Positions 1 to 13,679 of a DNA stretch of 64,000 nt are shown one piece after another (the stretch's first letter is position 1; each line of letters starts with the position of its first letter). A program made the translations under genes and the position numbers. Under the pieces are notes generated by a model. That model was not told the origin of the DNA, searched no databases, and saw only the letters and a program-made list of their open reading frames with translations. Source of the stretch: Squalus acanthias. Lineage: Eukaryota. The stretch spans positions 96,784,001 through 96,848,000 of the forward strand of contig CM059431.1 in assembly GCA_030390025.1 (NCBI GenBank), given 5' to 3'.

Positions 1-119
1 CGGGGCTCACTGGCGGGGCGATTGTTGTTTACAGTGTACAGAAATAGTTTGGGGTTGGGGGCAAAAACAAAAACTTTAAAAAAAATTGGAGTGGGGTGCG
101 TTAAAATAAGAGAGAAGGC

Positions 120-760
120 AAACCAAAAACTGAGGGATCTGGATAGGTTGGGGAGGTGGGCTGAGGAGCGGCTAATGGTGTTTAATACAGACAGGATAAT
201 AAGACCAGCAATGGGGAATAAATAGGGAAGAATGCAAACTAACTGTCTCTGGGCTACAGGACACAGCTCAGGAGAGGGATCTGGGCTATTGGTGGAGAGC
301 TCACTGTCACCAACAGCACAGTGTGTAGCAGCGATAAGGAAAGCTAACACCATCCTGGGGTGTATAGTCCGAGGGATAGAGCACAGATCCCAGAAGGGGA
401 TAATGAATCTGTACAGGCACTGGTATGGCCTCACCTGGAGCCCTGGGTATAATTCTGAGCACTGTACTATAGCAAGGGTGTACTGGCACTGGAGGCAGTG
501 CAGAAAAGGGCAACAAACTGATACTGAGCTTAAGGAATTTGAGCTGTGAAGATCCTGGGATTGTTTACTCTGGAGAAGAGAAGGATCAGGGGAGAGATTA
601 TTGATGGATTTAAGAGAGTGTGGGAATAGATAAATGGAACCTATATGGTTGAGATTGGCACAAACTCTAGAACCAGGGACCTGTGCTTGGGTTGCGAAGA
701 GGGAGGGGGAGACAGTTTAGATTGAAGTACTTTGTTAAGAGAGCGGGTTAATATGTGGAA
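120..760 (+). mobile_element. Old, degenerate CR1-like LINE ORF2 3' fragment
   Basis: Frameshifted pieces DLDRLGRWAEERLMVFN / QCVAAIRKANTILGCIVRGIEHRS resemble the CR1 RT C-terminus; boundaries approximate. Confidence 0.75.
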
Positions 761-804
761 TGGACTGTCCAGGAATGGGGTGGGAGCAGGGAATGTGGAA
801 AAAC

Positions 805-1480
805 ATGCAGGTGCAGCAAGCAGTTAGGAAGGCAGATGGTATGTTGGCCTTCATTGTAACAGGATTTGAGTACAGAAGCAAGGATGTCTTACTACAGTTA
901 TACAGGGCCTTGGTGAGACCACACCTGGAGTACTATGTGCAGTTTTGGTCTCCTTACCTAAGAAAGGATATACTTGTCATAGAAGGGAGTGCAGCGAAGG
1001 TTCACCAGACTGATTCCTGGGATGGCAGGACTGTCATATGAGGAGAGGTTGTGTGAACTAGGCCTGTATTCACTAGAGTTTAGAAGAATGAGAGGGGATC
1101 TCATTGAAACGTATACAATTCTGACAGGGCTAGACAGACTGGATGCAGGGAGGATGTTTCCCCTGGCTGGGGGGTCTAGAACGAGGGGTTACAGTCTCAG
1201 GATTCGGGGTAGGACATTTAGGACTGAGATGAGGAGAAATTTCTTCACTCAGAGGGTGGTGAACCTGTGGAATTCTCTACCACAGAAGGCTGTGGAGGCC
1301 AAGGCACTGAATATATTTAAGAAGGAGATAGATAGATTTCTAGACACAAAAGGCATCAAGGTGTATGGGGAGAGAGCGGGAATATGGTATTGAGATAGAG
1401 GATCAGCCATGATATTGAATGGCGTAGCAGGCTCGAAGGGCCGAATGGCCTACTCCTGCTCTTATTTTTCTATGTTTCTA
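805..1480 (+). mobile_element. CR1 LINE 3' fragment (5'-truncated) with 3' UTR/tail
   Basis: ORFs 760-1041 and 989-1393 (VRPHLEYYVQFWSPYLRKD; RRMRGDLIETY...RNFFTQRVVNLWNSLP); ends in ...cctactcctgctc...tatgtttcta tail. Confidence 0.95.
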
Positions 1481-1688
1481 AAATGTCCATGATAATTGGA
1501 GAGATGTTTGAGAGAGTGGACGATTGATGGGGATTAGTTTTCGGGACTGATGAGATGGACTGCAATCTTTTCCAAATTTGTACTTTCCTGAGTTCTGATG
1601 AGATACAACCATCCTTTCAGAATATGGGATAAGCGAGACCAGATTTATTTATATGTGCAAAAGTTTAATTTTTTAATGAAAACCCTTT

Positions 1689-2452
1689 GGGGGAAAAATT
1701 CAGCTGCTTGCGCCTCCCGTTAGCGCCTTAAGAGGGCGCTAATGGGGCGTAAAGCAGCTAACGCCCGGGCGCAGCGCCGCCCACGCCTCCCGAAAAATTT
1801 AGTGGGAGGTTAGCGGCGGCGGCGGCAGCCGGTAGCGCCCTGTGGCGCTGCGCCGCCGGCGATGACGTCATCGCCGTGCGCAGCACCCCACTCGCGCCCC
1901 GGTCGTGATCTTCAGTCGCGCCCCCTGATTTACCGCCAGACGCTATGTCCGACGGGTTCAGGGAGGCGTACGTGCGGCCGGGGCGGCGATATTTAAAGGG
2001 GAGGTGGCAGGCGGCCATTTTTGTTGCTGGCCGCCTGCCAGCACCTGCCCCCGGCCCCCGTGAAGCCCCCCCACCGTGAAGTGCCGGCTGCGCTCCAAGA
2101 GCCCGGCACTTCTCTTGAGTGCCGGGCTCTTTTGCCGGCACTCCCGATCCCTGGGGGCCCAGCTGGGCCCCGGTTCGCGCTGCGCAGGGTCCCTCCCCTT
2201 TAAGAAGGGGAGGAAGGCCTGCAATACCGCGGCGCGACGTGCCGCAGCGCGTGGCGCTGCGGCACGTAGCGCCAGGATATTCACTCGCAGCGCCCCAAGA
2301 GGGATGCGGGATGCTTCCAGTGGCGCCCCGCTTCCCTCTTGGGGCGCAACCACTGAAGTTCCGGCGCGGGGCCGCTAATTTTTTCGGGGCGCTAAAAGTC
2401 GCGCCCCGGCGAGGTTAGCGCCCCAAATGGGGCGCGACTCAATTTTTACCCC
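1689..2452. mobile_element. GC-rich non-autonomous DNA transposon (MITE, probably Harbinger-derived)
   Basis: TIRs GGGGGAAAAATT (1689) / AATTTTTACCCC (2452), flanked by ttt/ttt 3-bp TSD; CpG-rich interior in an AT-rich intron. Confidence 0.8.
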
Positions 2453-2555
2453 TTTATAACTTGAAGAAAATTAGAATATATATTTTTTAACAATTAGTTT
2501 TGAAAGAGTGCAGTAATTTGAATTTAAGTTAATCTTTCTGTTTTGATCCGTTCAG

Positions 2556-2722
2556 GGAGGAAAGGTGGAGAATTGGCGTCTGCTGTCCATGCTTATACTA
2601 AAACAGGAGACCCATACATGAGATCACTGGTGCAGCACATTCTTAGCCTTGTATCGCACCCCATCCTTAACTTCCTCTACCGCTGGATTTATGATGGAGA
2701 GCTGGAGGACACATACCATGAG
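2556..2722 (+). CDS. TUBGCP3: Gamma-tubulin complex component 3, internal coding exon (167 bp)
   Basis: ttcag|GG...GAG|gtaaac; [56 protein letters not shown] matches vertebrate GCP3. Confidence 0.97.
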
Positions 2723-4670
2723 GTAAACATTTTTCGTTCGTTGTGCGTTTCCAATGGTGTCACTCAAGATGAGTGGGAGGATGTGGTTTATAACCTACAC
2801 CGGTCACCCAAATAGCAATTGCCTCCCTGCTCAGCTGGATGTGTTTCCTTCCTCCCCTCTTCCCATCTCAACAATCATTCTCCACTCTGTACAACAGGAT
2901 ATTCTCGTGCTCTCGCTGCTTGTCATGGGAAAGCAGTGCAAGATCAGGTCCTGGGGGTAGAGGAACAAACTGTTGCAGGTGGTGGGAACTGGAGACTTGG
3001 AGACATCAATGCACACATTTTATACAATTATCCCCTGTTTTTGGTGGGGTGAGTTTATGATTGGTCTCCAGGAAGAAAGCAAATAACTTAGTAACACACG
3101 GACAACTTAAATATTAAATAATGAGTGGGAGTAAAATCAATCAACTCAACTGTCAGCAACACAAATGAGAGTCATAGAAGACGCACAATTTTATTGCCAA
3201 AGTTTCAGTAAATTTTATTACTGTATTGATTAAAGGAACAAGAGGATGTTTTAGAAGATTAGCTGACTAGAGAATATTCTCAGTAATTAGGAACTGACAC
3301 TTGGCATACCTTATCCTGTCTTCAGTGGTTTAGTTTGACACTTACTGAAATTAGAACAAAAATCATAGCATTGTTACCGTACATTTCCACAAATTACTAT
3401 CTTATTTTAAACTTTTTTTTTAGTTGAAAGATGACTTCACATTCTTTAAATGCCTTAAACAAAAGTCATGCTCCCACTAAAGCAAAATTCTGGCATTGCT
3501 AATTATTGTGTATTATTGCGTATTGATATTTAGGAATTATTGTGTTGCAGTTACAAACTGCATCTACAGTTATTTGTGCTAACATAAATCAGGGCTTCTC
3601 AGTCTGCTGGTTGTAATGTCCCAGCACCCTTGCCTATTGTTCATGCACATGCAAAGGCTACATATGGGCAGCTGCAACTAAAACCTGTGTTGTGCCTTAG
3701 ACCTGCAATGCCTATTTTGGGTGATGTTGTACTGACCTAAAGTTCAGACCTGTTAGCTATATCATAGCCATATGTGAACGAAGGAAAGAGCAATATCAGA
3801 GCAATATATAAAATCGCAAGTGAACCCGAGGTACGTACAGGTTAAGGTGTCCAATGGCCCGTCTAGAAACCCATGGATTCCTCCTTCCCCGCTCCCCATC
3901 ATAACATCTAAGGAGAGCTGTAATTGTGCTCTTACTGACCTTGGAAATTATTTGTTTTCAAGGTTGTGTCTCATCTTTGGCCTTTTGCCACTATGCCATT
4001 ACATTGTGGTTGATTATTTGATTGTGTTCTGTTTCTGTGCTTTTTGGAATCCATTAATGTAAAATCGAATGATCTCAAATGATTTTTTTTTGTCAAATGC
4101 TATTTGAATTGAAACAGTAATGTTTACAGTCAACTGTAGTACTTAATGCATAATGTATAGTAATTTTGCAAATCACAGCCTGTAATAATAATTAACAAAA
4201 ATAAAGAACAGAATTCCAAAACCATGCTGTCAGAAGTCTGTGTTTCCTCTGTGGCATCCACTCTGAGGTCTTGCTTGACAACTGTAAACTAGTTAAGTGG
4301 CTTTTATTAACCCTTCCTGTTGATGGGAAGATACTGAGATCCATTTTTATCTTATCCATAAAATTAGAATAAAATGAGATGATGCCTTTGGGATGAGGTT
4401 AGCTGAACTGCATTTGCTCCGCTCCCCAGGACTTTTTGAATCTTGGTAAATTGCTGACTTGTGTAATTTTCCACAAATTAAAAAGGTATAACCAAAAGTT
4501 TAAACAAGCGCGTGTTGAGCATAATTGTGCAATTAGAGCTTTAGTAAGCACGGAGAGATTGTGAAAGTGCTTAAGCATCCGAGGTTAACGGAATGTTGCA
4601 CTACTGTACTTGTAGTTAGAAGTATTATCATTGCTAAGTATGTCATGCATTCGCTCGTTGTTGTTTGAAG

Positions 4671-4781
4671 TTTTTTGTAGCTTCCGATCCAACGGTGAAG
4701 ACCGACAGGCTATGGCATGACAAATATACCCTGAGAAAGTCGATGATTCCTTCTTTCATCACAATGGATAAGGCCAGAAAG
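4671..4781 (+). CDS. TUBGCP3: TUBGCP3 coding exon (111 bp)
   Basis: gaag|TTT...AAG|gtgatt; [37 protein letters not shown]. Confidence 0.96.
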
Positions 4782-4904
4782 GTGATTACTCGGAGACTGT
4801 TCTAAAATTTGATGTCGGAAATTTTATTTCTCCTCAGACATTTACACGTTTCTGCCATTTCTGTATCCCGGCAGGACAATAACACAAACAAAAAATTCCG
4901 ATAA

Positions 4905-5250
4905 GGCCCTGGACGGTGCAGGCGCTTCGAACACTACTGTCCTCCCAGCTGGGGACAGTGTTCAGCTCCGTCCCAGACTGTCTGTTCAGGTGGATATAAA
5001 AGATTCCGTAGTATTATTTGGAGGAAGAGCTGGGAGTTTTCTGGTGGGCTAGCCGTTATTTGTTCCTCAATCAACATCACAAAAGTACCGGTCGTTCATC
5101 TCAGTTGATGTTTGTGGGATCTTGCTGTGTGCAAAATCCCTACAAAACAAGAATGACTGCACTTCAAAAGTAATTTGTTGGCTGTGCAACGCTTTGGGTC
5201 GTCCAGAGGATATGAGGGTGCTATATAAATGCAAGCCCTTTCTTTCTTCC
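4905..5250 (+). mobile_element. SINE copy (Deu-domain type) with L2-like 3' tail
   Basis: Similar to the copies at 22370-22945 and 59795-60060 (caggtggatataaaagat...; ttgtgggatcttgctgtgtgcaaa); ends gctatataaatgcaag + (ttct)n. Confidence 0.7.
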
Positions 5251-6081
5251 TGCCCCTTCCCGTTGCTTCTAAATCCTTCTCTAAATATTTAAATTGAGGC
5301 CAGATTGGTTTAAAAAGTCCCCATCGGGGTCGAATGGTTCCGTGACCACTTTGTAAACCACTGCACGACATTTAACCTCTGTGTAGTGGTGTGACCCATA
5401 CACAATCTCCAGAGTTGCTTATTTTACAGTATCAACTTAAGCCGCCCCTGAATGTAATTCCTCAAATGACCTTCATTCACTAAAGTGACACTGAAGTTTC
5501 AGTTTGACTCTGTTGGTAGCACTTTGAGCTCTGAATCAGTTAATGCCTCACTCCAGGTACATCCAGACGGACGGTGCCGTCTTTTCCATAGGCCGTTAAA
5601 CTTGAACCCAACAAAAGCAACGAGGTGGCTTGGGGACTGTTGGGAGCCTATTTTATTAAAGGGCCCTGTGGGCAGATATTTAATTGAAATAGATTTAAAC
5701 TTTGTTTTTAATATTGTGTACAAACAAGGGTTACAGCAATGTGTAAGGAGCCTAATGATGTGTTATTTATTGGTGGCTAAAGGAGATGCATGTGCTCACT
5801 GACGATGAGTGTCTGTTTTGCTGAAATATTGACTGCAGGACATTGTAGAGGATTATCCGGTTAGTAAGACGGTTTTATTTTAAATGAAGGCCGTGTAGTA
5901 AGTGGTTTGTACTGATAGTACTTGCAATTGCAGTTGCCATCTCTAGTTATGGGAAACAATTTAATGTATTAACTGACCCTGTGTTTCTATCACTGATTCT
6001 GGAATGTTTTTGAAAGCAATTGGTGTCTTTGCTTCTTTTATATATAAAAAATACTTGCTATTTTTTTTCTTTCTGCCTCAG

Positions 6082-6190
6082 GTGCTTTTGATTGGGAAAT
6101 CTATCAATTTCTTGCATCAAGTGTGTCAGGACCGAACTCCGTCAGCAAAGATGATGGCTGTGACAAAATCTGCTGTTTCACCAAAAGATG
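6082..6190 (+). CDS. TUBGCP3: TUBGCP3 coding exon (109 bp)
   Basis: polypyrimidine tract cctcag|GTG...GAT G|gtacgg; [36 protein letters not shown]. Confidence 0.96.
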
Positions 6191-6792
6191 GTACGGAGCG
6201 TTGTACTTCACCTGAATCTGGATTGTTTTAAAAGTTCTTTGCCGCCTCTTAGTGAATTTGAAAGTGATAACATAGAATTTCTTTCCTTTTCTCATTTGTT
6301 TACCCTCCTTATACAATTAATTATATTCAAGGGAGGGAGCAGGAGACTGATATTGGACAAGTGGTTTATATGAAGAAAAATACCAGACTCTCTTTCTTTC
6401 TGCTGGAACATTCTATGAATCGATGGCCTGTTTTCTGAGCTAGAACATTCTGTCTTGTTAACTGATACGCAAACTATTACAAATAATCTGGTCACTGAAC
6501 AATCAATAAATGACATGAAGATATCCCTATTACTTGGGTGCAAAACGAAGTCCAGTGATTAGTGTGTAAAAGTGGATCATCCATTTACTGTGTGAAGAGT
6601 CCTTTATCAGATGGTGCTTCAACCCAAGTATTATTTTGGCTTTAAGGCGGCTTGTGGCTGGAACCGTTGTGAACTATTATATGCAACTGGCTGATGAACT
6701 ATTAGATAACAGTAAATTATGACATTTATTATCAGACACACAAATACGCTGATGTGTTTAAGTTTATTTTTGTTTTGTTAATTCCGTTCTAG

Positions 6793-6982
6793 CTGCTGAG
6801 CTGTTCACTGATTTGGAAGGTGCTTTTCAAGAAAAAATTGATGCAGCTTATCACGAGACCAGCAAATACCTGCTGGATGTTCTGAACCAGAATTACCATT
6901 TGCTGGAGCACATTAAGGCTGTGCGGCGTTACTTGCTCTTGGGTCAAGGAGACTTTGTTCGACATCTCATGGACTTGCTGAA
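6793..6982 (+). CDS. TUBGCP3: TUBGCP3 coding exon (190 bp)
   Basis: ttctag|CT...CTG AA|gtgagt; [62 protein letters not shown]. Confidence 0.97.
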
Positions 6983-8934
6983 GTGAGTAACAGGCTCTGT
7001 CGTGTTGCAAAATGTATTTGTGTACTTTGTTAGACTTGAGAGAATTGTGACTGAAATTAGGACAGGACAGAGGGTGCTAATTGGGCGAGGTCCTGTGCAT
7101 CTCTCTCCATCCACTGATAGTGCTAATTCTATCAGCACTTTCAATGGCTTAGAGCAGGAGAGGGGAAAACCGCTGTTCGGCTCGCGGGGGGTTGGGGGGG
7201 GGTGGGGAAGGAGAGAGGGGCCGTTTGGCCCACGACTCTCGCCCTCTCCAACAGGCCTTTGTTTGCCTTTGTTCGAGCCTTGCTGTACCTGTATAGGGGG
7301 AGTGCTCAGTGCTGGTGGTTGTGGGCTGATTTCCGATGTTTTTTGCCACAACATTGGGGCGAGATCTGAGCAAAATGATGAAACGTCTCAGGAAAAGGCT
7401 CAGAAATGTCTCCTGACACCCAAATGTGATTGAGCAAAAGACCTGTGATATTGGTCAGTCCCGATGGGCTGAGTTCAGATGATGAATTCCCAGTGGACTG
7501 GAGCTGTTCACGTTCGGTAGAATTTGATATTTGTCGACACTTTGCCTCGATAACCTTGAATCCAACGTGAAGAAAATTAAATGAAATAACACGAGAAAGT
7601 TTTAGGAACGTAAGCACATTTATCAAGCAAGCCTATCCCTTTTCCATAAATCAATCCCACCGTTTCACCACATCCCTCAATTCCTTCTCCCTTCAGTCAC
7701 CCACCCAGTCATCTGTTCAACCCATTTATATTGACTTCAAAGAATTTTACAGTAACTGTTCCACATGTGTGTTACCCTCTAGATGAACGCGTTCCGCCTC
7801 ACTTCCTTACTACAGTACTTCTCCCCTCATTTTTAACTTGTGTCCGCGGTATTTAAATCCTCCAGCATAGTGAGCCATTTGCTTAATCAGTTTCTTAGTT
7901 GCCATCATAATCTTGTAAACTTCAATTAGGCTACCCCAAAGTCTCCTCGTGTCCACAGAAAGTCAGCTGAACTTATTTAACCTTTTCTCATAATCACTAA
8001 ATTTCATCGCACTTTGTAACTCACACAGATTTCCATGGCACACTTGCACTTGATTGGTAGAAGGGAGAGATGAAGAGTCCAGCTAAAGAGGGAGAGATCA
8101 CTCCTGTCAGAATTTAATGGACAGAGATGAGCAAGTGTATCAGAGCGACAGAGGGAAAATAGGAATTCTCTCGTAGAGTAAGTTTGGATTATTTTAAATA
8201 CAGAATGCTCTGATTATAATGGTTTTGGATTGCCCCCAAGTGTGAATTGGATTACTTTAGCATATTTGAGCTGGGTTTCAGCATGAACATAAGCGATACT
8301 TACGCTTATGCTGGGTAGCAAAGCAAGTTCACACACTGTCCTTTCACTCAAGGGCCTGGGTGATTAAGTTACCCCAAATTAATATCAACAACAACTTGCA
8401 TTTATATAGCACCTTTGAAGTAGAAAAACTCCCAAAGTGCTTCACATAAGTGTAATCAGCAGTAAATGGACACTGAGCTAAATAAGGAGATACTAGGAGG
8501 GGTGAGCAAAAGCTTGATCAAAGAGGTGGGTTTTAAGGAGGAGGGGTTCACCGAGGAGTTTAAGAAGGGAATTCAAGAGCATGAGGTCTAGCTGGCTGAA
8601 GGCACGACAGCCAATGGTGGCACAAAGGAGGAGGGGTGCATAAAAGGTCAGAGTTGGAGGAATGAAACTGTCACACTGGAAAAGGAAGTGGTGTTGTGAG
8701 GCTGGGGCTAATGCACATTGCTGGAACAGCCATTACCTTTGATCTAGCCTCACTGTACTTGTATAGGAAGTGCTCAGTGCTGACACTGAGGACCAAGACT
8801 GCAAACATATTCCGCATCTCACCTTATCCTTCCATGGTGAAGCACACAGACTACTTTCCAAAATTACACTCTCAACAACAGCTGGCATTTATTGTGACTT
8901 TAATGTAGAAAAATATCCAAAGGTGCTTCTCATA

Positions 8935-9945
8935 GAATCATAGAAATTTACAGCACAGAAGGAGGCCATTCGGCTCATCGTGTCTGTGCCGGCTGACGAG
9001 CTATCCAGCCTAATCCCACTTTCCGTCTCTTGGTCGGTAGCCCTGTAGGTTACGGCACTTCAAGTGCATATCCAGTACTTTTTAAATGTGATGATGGTTT
9101 CTGCCTCTACCACCCTTTCAGGCAGTGAGTTCCAGACCCCCACCATCCTCTGAGTGAGACAATTTCTCCTCTAAACCTCCTACGAATTACTTTAAATCTA
9201 TGCCCCCTGGTTATCGACCCCTCTGCTAAGGGAGCTAGGTCCTTCCTAGCCACTCTATCTGGGCCCCATATAATTTTATACACCTCAATTAGGTCTCCCT
9301 TCAGCGTCCTCTGTTCCAAAGAAAAGAACCTCAGCCTATACAATCTTTCCTCATAGCTAAAATTCCCCAGCCCAGGCAACATCCTCGTAAATCTCCTCTG
9401 CACCCTCTCTAGTGCAATCACATCTTTCCTGTAATGTGGTGACCAGAACTGCACGCAGTATTCTAGCTGCGGCCTAACTAGTGTTTTATACAGTTCAAGC
9501 ATAACCTCCCTGCTCTTATATTCTATGCCTTGGCTAATAAAGGCAAGTATCCCGTATGCCTTCTTAACCACCTTATCTACCTGTCCTGCTATCTTCAGGG
9601 ATCTGTGGACATGCACTCCAAGGTCCCTCTGATTCTCTGCACTTCAGTGTCCAACCATTTATTTGTATTCCCTTGCCTTGATAGCCCTCCCCAAATGCAT
9701 CATGTCACACTTCTCCGGATTGAATTCCAGACTGTTCTGCCCACCTGACCAGTCCATTGCTATCTTCCTGCAGTCTACAGCTTTCTTCTTCATTATCAAC
9801 CACACAGACAATTTTTGTATCATCTGCAAACTTCTTAATCATACTTCCTACATTCAAGTCCAAATCATTGATATATACCACAAAAAGCAAAGGACCCAAT
9901 ACTGAGCCCTGCGGAACCCCACTGGAAACAGCCTTCCAGTCACAG
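8935..9945 (-). mobile_element. CR1 LINE 3' fragment
   Basis: ORFs 9705-10010 and 9107-9616 (GVPQGSVLGPLLFVVYINDLD...KFADDTK; VRPQLEYCVQFWSPHY); tail (tatgattc)n. Confidence 0.95.
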
Positions 9946-9949
9946 GCGT

Positions 9950-10620
9950 GGTGAAAGAGATGCGCAGAACCAAAGGAGGAGGCTGACCAAAGGCCTGGTG
10001 AAGGAGACACAGGGGTTTATGGAGGGAATTCTAAGGTGTGGGACCTTGTCAGTTGAAGACACGGTCCCTCATGGTGGGGCGAAGGGATGCATGAGCCCGG
10101 AATGAGAGGAGCAGAGATTATGGGAGGGATTGTAGCACTGGAGGAGGTGACAGAGATGGGCCGTGAACGGATGAAAGCACAAGGATGAGAATTTTAAATT
10201 GGAGACTTGGTGGATTGGGAGCCAATGCAGGTCAGTGAGGACGGGGGTGATGGGCAAATGAGACTTGGTATGTAATAGTATATGGCAGAAGGGTTTTGAA
10301 TGAGCTGAAATTTGCAGAGGGAGGAGGATGGCAGGGAGACCATCTGAGTAGTGAAGTCTGGAGATAAAGAAGGCTGGATGAGACAAAGATTGGTAGGGTT
10401 TCCGCAATAGATGGGCTGAGGCAGTACAGAAGTGGATAGGAGTAGGCAGCCTTTGTGCTGGAGGACGATATGGGGTTAGAAATTTAACTTGAGGTGGAAC
10501 GTACTCCAAGATCACAGAGTTTGATTCAGCCTGAGACTGGGGAAGTTGAGAGTCGCTGGCAATGGAAGATGATCACTTCAGTCTATTTAGCTGGACTCAT
10601 CCAGGACTGGTTATCAGGCA
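9950..10620 (-). mobile_element. Degenerate L2-clade LINE 3' fragment
   Basis: ISRLHYSDGL...HTKSHLPITPVLTDLHWLPI, paralogous to the L2 copy at 58320-59307. Confidence 0.75.
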
Positions 10621-10788
10621 ACACATGATCTAATCTGAGTCACGCATATGTAACGTGTTTGCAGTCACTGAGTTCTCGCTTTCTGTAAAGTTAATCAGGT
10701 GAGCCACAAGGATAATTGTATGTTTTATGAATTAAAATGATGTGATATTTTTAATGTTGGTTGATATTGTACAACTGTTGTTTTACAG

Positions 10789-10924
10789 GCCAGAGCTGGC
10801 GAGGTCAGCCTCGACGTTGTATCAGCATAATCTGACCGGAATCCTTGAGACAGCTGTCAGAGCAACTAATGCACAGTTTGACAGTCCAGAGATCCTCAAA
10901 CGTCTGGATGTTAGACTCCTGGAG
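10789..10924 (+). CDS. TUBGCP3: TUBGCP3 coding exon (136 bp)
   Basis: ttacag|G CCA...GAG|gtaatt; [45 protein letters not shown]. Confidence 0.97.
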
Positions 10925-11404
10925 GTAATTAATAACAGGGGTGTACATAAAGGAATCATGTACAGGGCAGGTGGCGCACAGGGCATGTGATGTAAGCTCT
11001 CCTTTCACTGCGGGGGCCAGTGTTCCAGACTGATGGGATGAAGACTTCTTTACTGTAACGATCTTGCATGAAATGAGTTTGCAAAGCCTCTGTTGTGAGT
11101 GGGCATGAGGCATGTTTTGGGTGATCTTGTACACTAAGTCACATAGGCTTTGGCCGACAAGTGTCGTGTTGTGATTTTCAGTGTTGCGTGTATTTTAGTT
11201 TATCTGTTCTGTGGACTGGAAGCGCCTTTAGTGTGATGCCTTTTTTGGGTCCAATTCATTGATAAGTCAAGGTAGGAATTGCAGCATTGAAGTTCCTAAT
11301 TAGCTGTAAATGCAGGAACCCTTTTCCACGCAGTGCTTGAATAACTGCGACTGGAGCAGTGCCACTTTCTCCAAACTTACTGTCCTTTTTTCCCTCCTTT
11401 CTAG

Positions 11405-11473
11405 ATATCAGCGGGAGATACAGGTTGGGATGTCTTCAGTTTGGATTATCATGTTGATGGCCCAATTGCAACA
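11405..11473 (+). CDS. TUBGCP3: TUBGCP3 coding exon (69 bp)
   Basis: ttctag|ATA...ACA|gtaagt; [23 protein letters not shown]. Confidence 0.96.
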
Positions 11474-11892
11474 GTAAGTCCGCTTACAGCGAAGGGATAA
11501 TTGTAGAAAACCTTGAAATATACCTGGATAATCCAGCACCTGAGCAGTTTATTTTAAAGCTTCTTTCGTAGTGGTTTTTGAGAAGCTTCTTGTTTTGTTG
11601 GCATTTAGCCTGTAGTTGAATTCAGTTAATAATTTATAGGAGCTAAAAGGTTCGCAGTTTTAAAAAATTAATACCAGCTCTGCATTGGTGTCTTACAATA
11701 ATTCACTTTTCTCTCTTAGCTTAAAAATAGCTCCTGTAAATCAACACCGTGAATTATTGTGGCTTTTCTTCATTATACACAAAAGGTCATCTGGAAACTG
11801 AAATCCTTTTAAAGTTATTTTATTTTGTAAAAGTCCCAGATGACGACATTTGTAGTTGTAAGTCATTCGTGATAAAAAATATCCCGTCAGCT

Positions 11893-13488
11893 GGAGAGTA
11901 TTATCGGTGCAATACCCGGTGAGGGGGAGAGTATTATCGGTGCAATACCCGGTGAGGGGGAGAGTATTATCGGTGAATTACCCGGTGAGGGGGAGAGTAT
12001 TATCGGTGCAATACCCGGCGAGGGGGAGAGTATTATCGGTGAAATACCCGGTGAGGGGGAGAGTATTATCGGTGAATTACCCGGTGAGCGGGAGAGTATT
12101 ATCGGTGCAATACCCGATGAGCGGGAGAGTATTATCGGTGCAATACCCGGTGAGGGGGAGAGTATTATCGGTGCAATACCCGGTGAGGGGGAGAGTATTA
12201 TCGGTGCAATATCCGGTGAGGAGGAGAGTATTATCGGTGCAATACCCGGTGAGGGGGAGAGTATTATCGGTGAATTACCCGGTGAGGGGGAGAGTATTAT
12301 CGGTGCAATACCCGGTGAGGGGGAGAGTATTATCGGTGAATTACCCGGTGAGCGGGAGAGTATTATCGGTGAATTACCCGGTGAGGGGAGAGTATTATTG
12401 GTGAATTACCCGGTGAGCGGGAGAGTATTATCGGTGAATTACCCGGTGAGCGGGAGAGTATTATCGGTGAATTACCCGGTGAGGGGGAGAGTATTATCGG
12501 TGCAATACCCGATGAGCGGGAGAGTATTATCGGTGCAATACCCGGTGAGGGGGAGAGTATTATCGGTGAATTACCCGGTGAGGGGGAGAGTATTATCGGT
12601 GAATTACCCGGTGAGGGGGAGAGTATTATCGGTGAATTACCCGGTGAGCGGGAGAGTATTATCGGTGAATTACCCGGTGAGCGGGAGAGTATTATCGGTG
12701 AATTACCCGGTGAGGGAGAGAGTATTATCGGTGAATTACCCGGTGAGCGGGAGAGTATTATCGGTGCAATACCCGGTGAGGGGGAGAGTATTAACGGTGA
12801 ATTACCCGGTGAGGGGGAGAGTATTATCGGTGAATTACCCGGTGAGGGGGAGAGTATTATCGGTGCAATACCCGGTGTGGGGGAGAGTATTATCGGTGAA
12901 TTACCTGGTGAGGGGGAGAGTATTATCGGTGAATTACCCGGTGAGGGGGAGAGTATTATCGGTGCAATACCCGGTGAGGGGGAGAGTATTATCAGTGAAT
13001 TACCCGGTGAGCGGGAGAGTATTATCGGTGAATTACCCGGTGAGGGGGAGAGTATTATCGGTGAATTACCCGGTGAGGGGGAGAGTATTATCGGTGAATT
13101 ACCCGGTGAGGGGGAGAGTATTATCGGTGCAATACCCGGTGAGGGGGAGAGTATTATCGGTGAATTACCCGGTTAGCGGGAGAGTATTATCGGTGAATTG
13201 CCCGGTGAGGGGGAGAGTATTATCGGTGAATTACCCGGTGAGGGGGAGAGTATTATCGGTGAATTACCCGGTGAGCGGGAGAGTATTATCGGTGAATTAC
13301 CCGGTGAGCGGGAGAGTATTATCGGTGAATTACCCGGTGAGCGGGAGAGTATTATCGGTGCAATACCCGGTGAGGGGGAGAGTATTATCGGTGCAATACC
13401 CGGTGAGGGGGAGAGTATTATCGGTGCAATACCCGGTGAGGGGGAGAGTATTATCGGTGCAATACCCGGTGAGGGGGAGAGTATTATC
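11893..13488. repeat. 33-bp minisatellite, ~48 copies
   Basis: Unit gagagtattatcggtg(caa/aat)tacccggtgag(g/c)gg repeated head-to-tail. Confidence 0.98.
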
Positions 13489-13679
13489 GCTAAAAAAAAA
13501 CCTTGGGTATTTAAAAAAAGAAAAAATTGTATTTTTATTTTCTTTGAACAGTTTTGCTCATTAGATATAAAAAATACTGGCGATGGGGGAGAAACATCTG
13601 TTTGACAGACAGTCCAGGATCAGCTAATCAGGCAACAAAGAGTCTGATCGCTTTCCAATTGGTGTGTAAAGTCAGTGAC

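Noticed and set aside
1758..2418. GC-rich overlapping ORFs / possible CpG-island promoter
   Set aside because: Entirely within a TIR/TSD-bounded MITE in an intron
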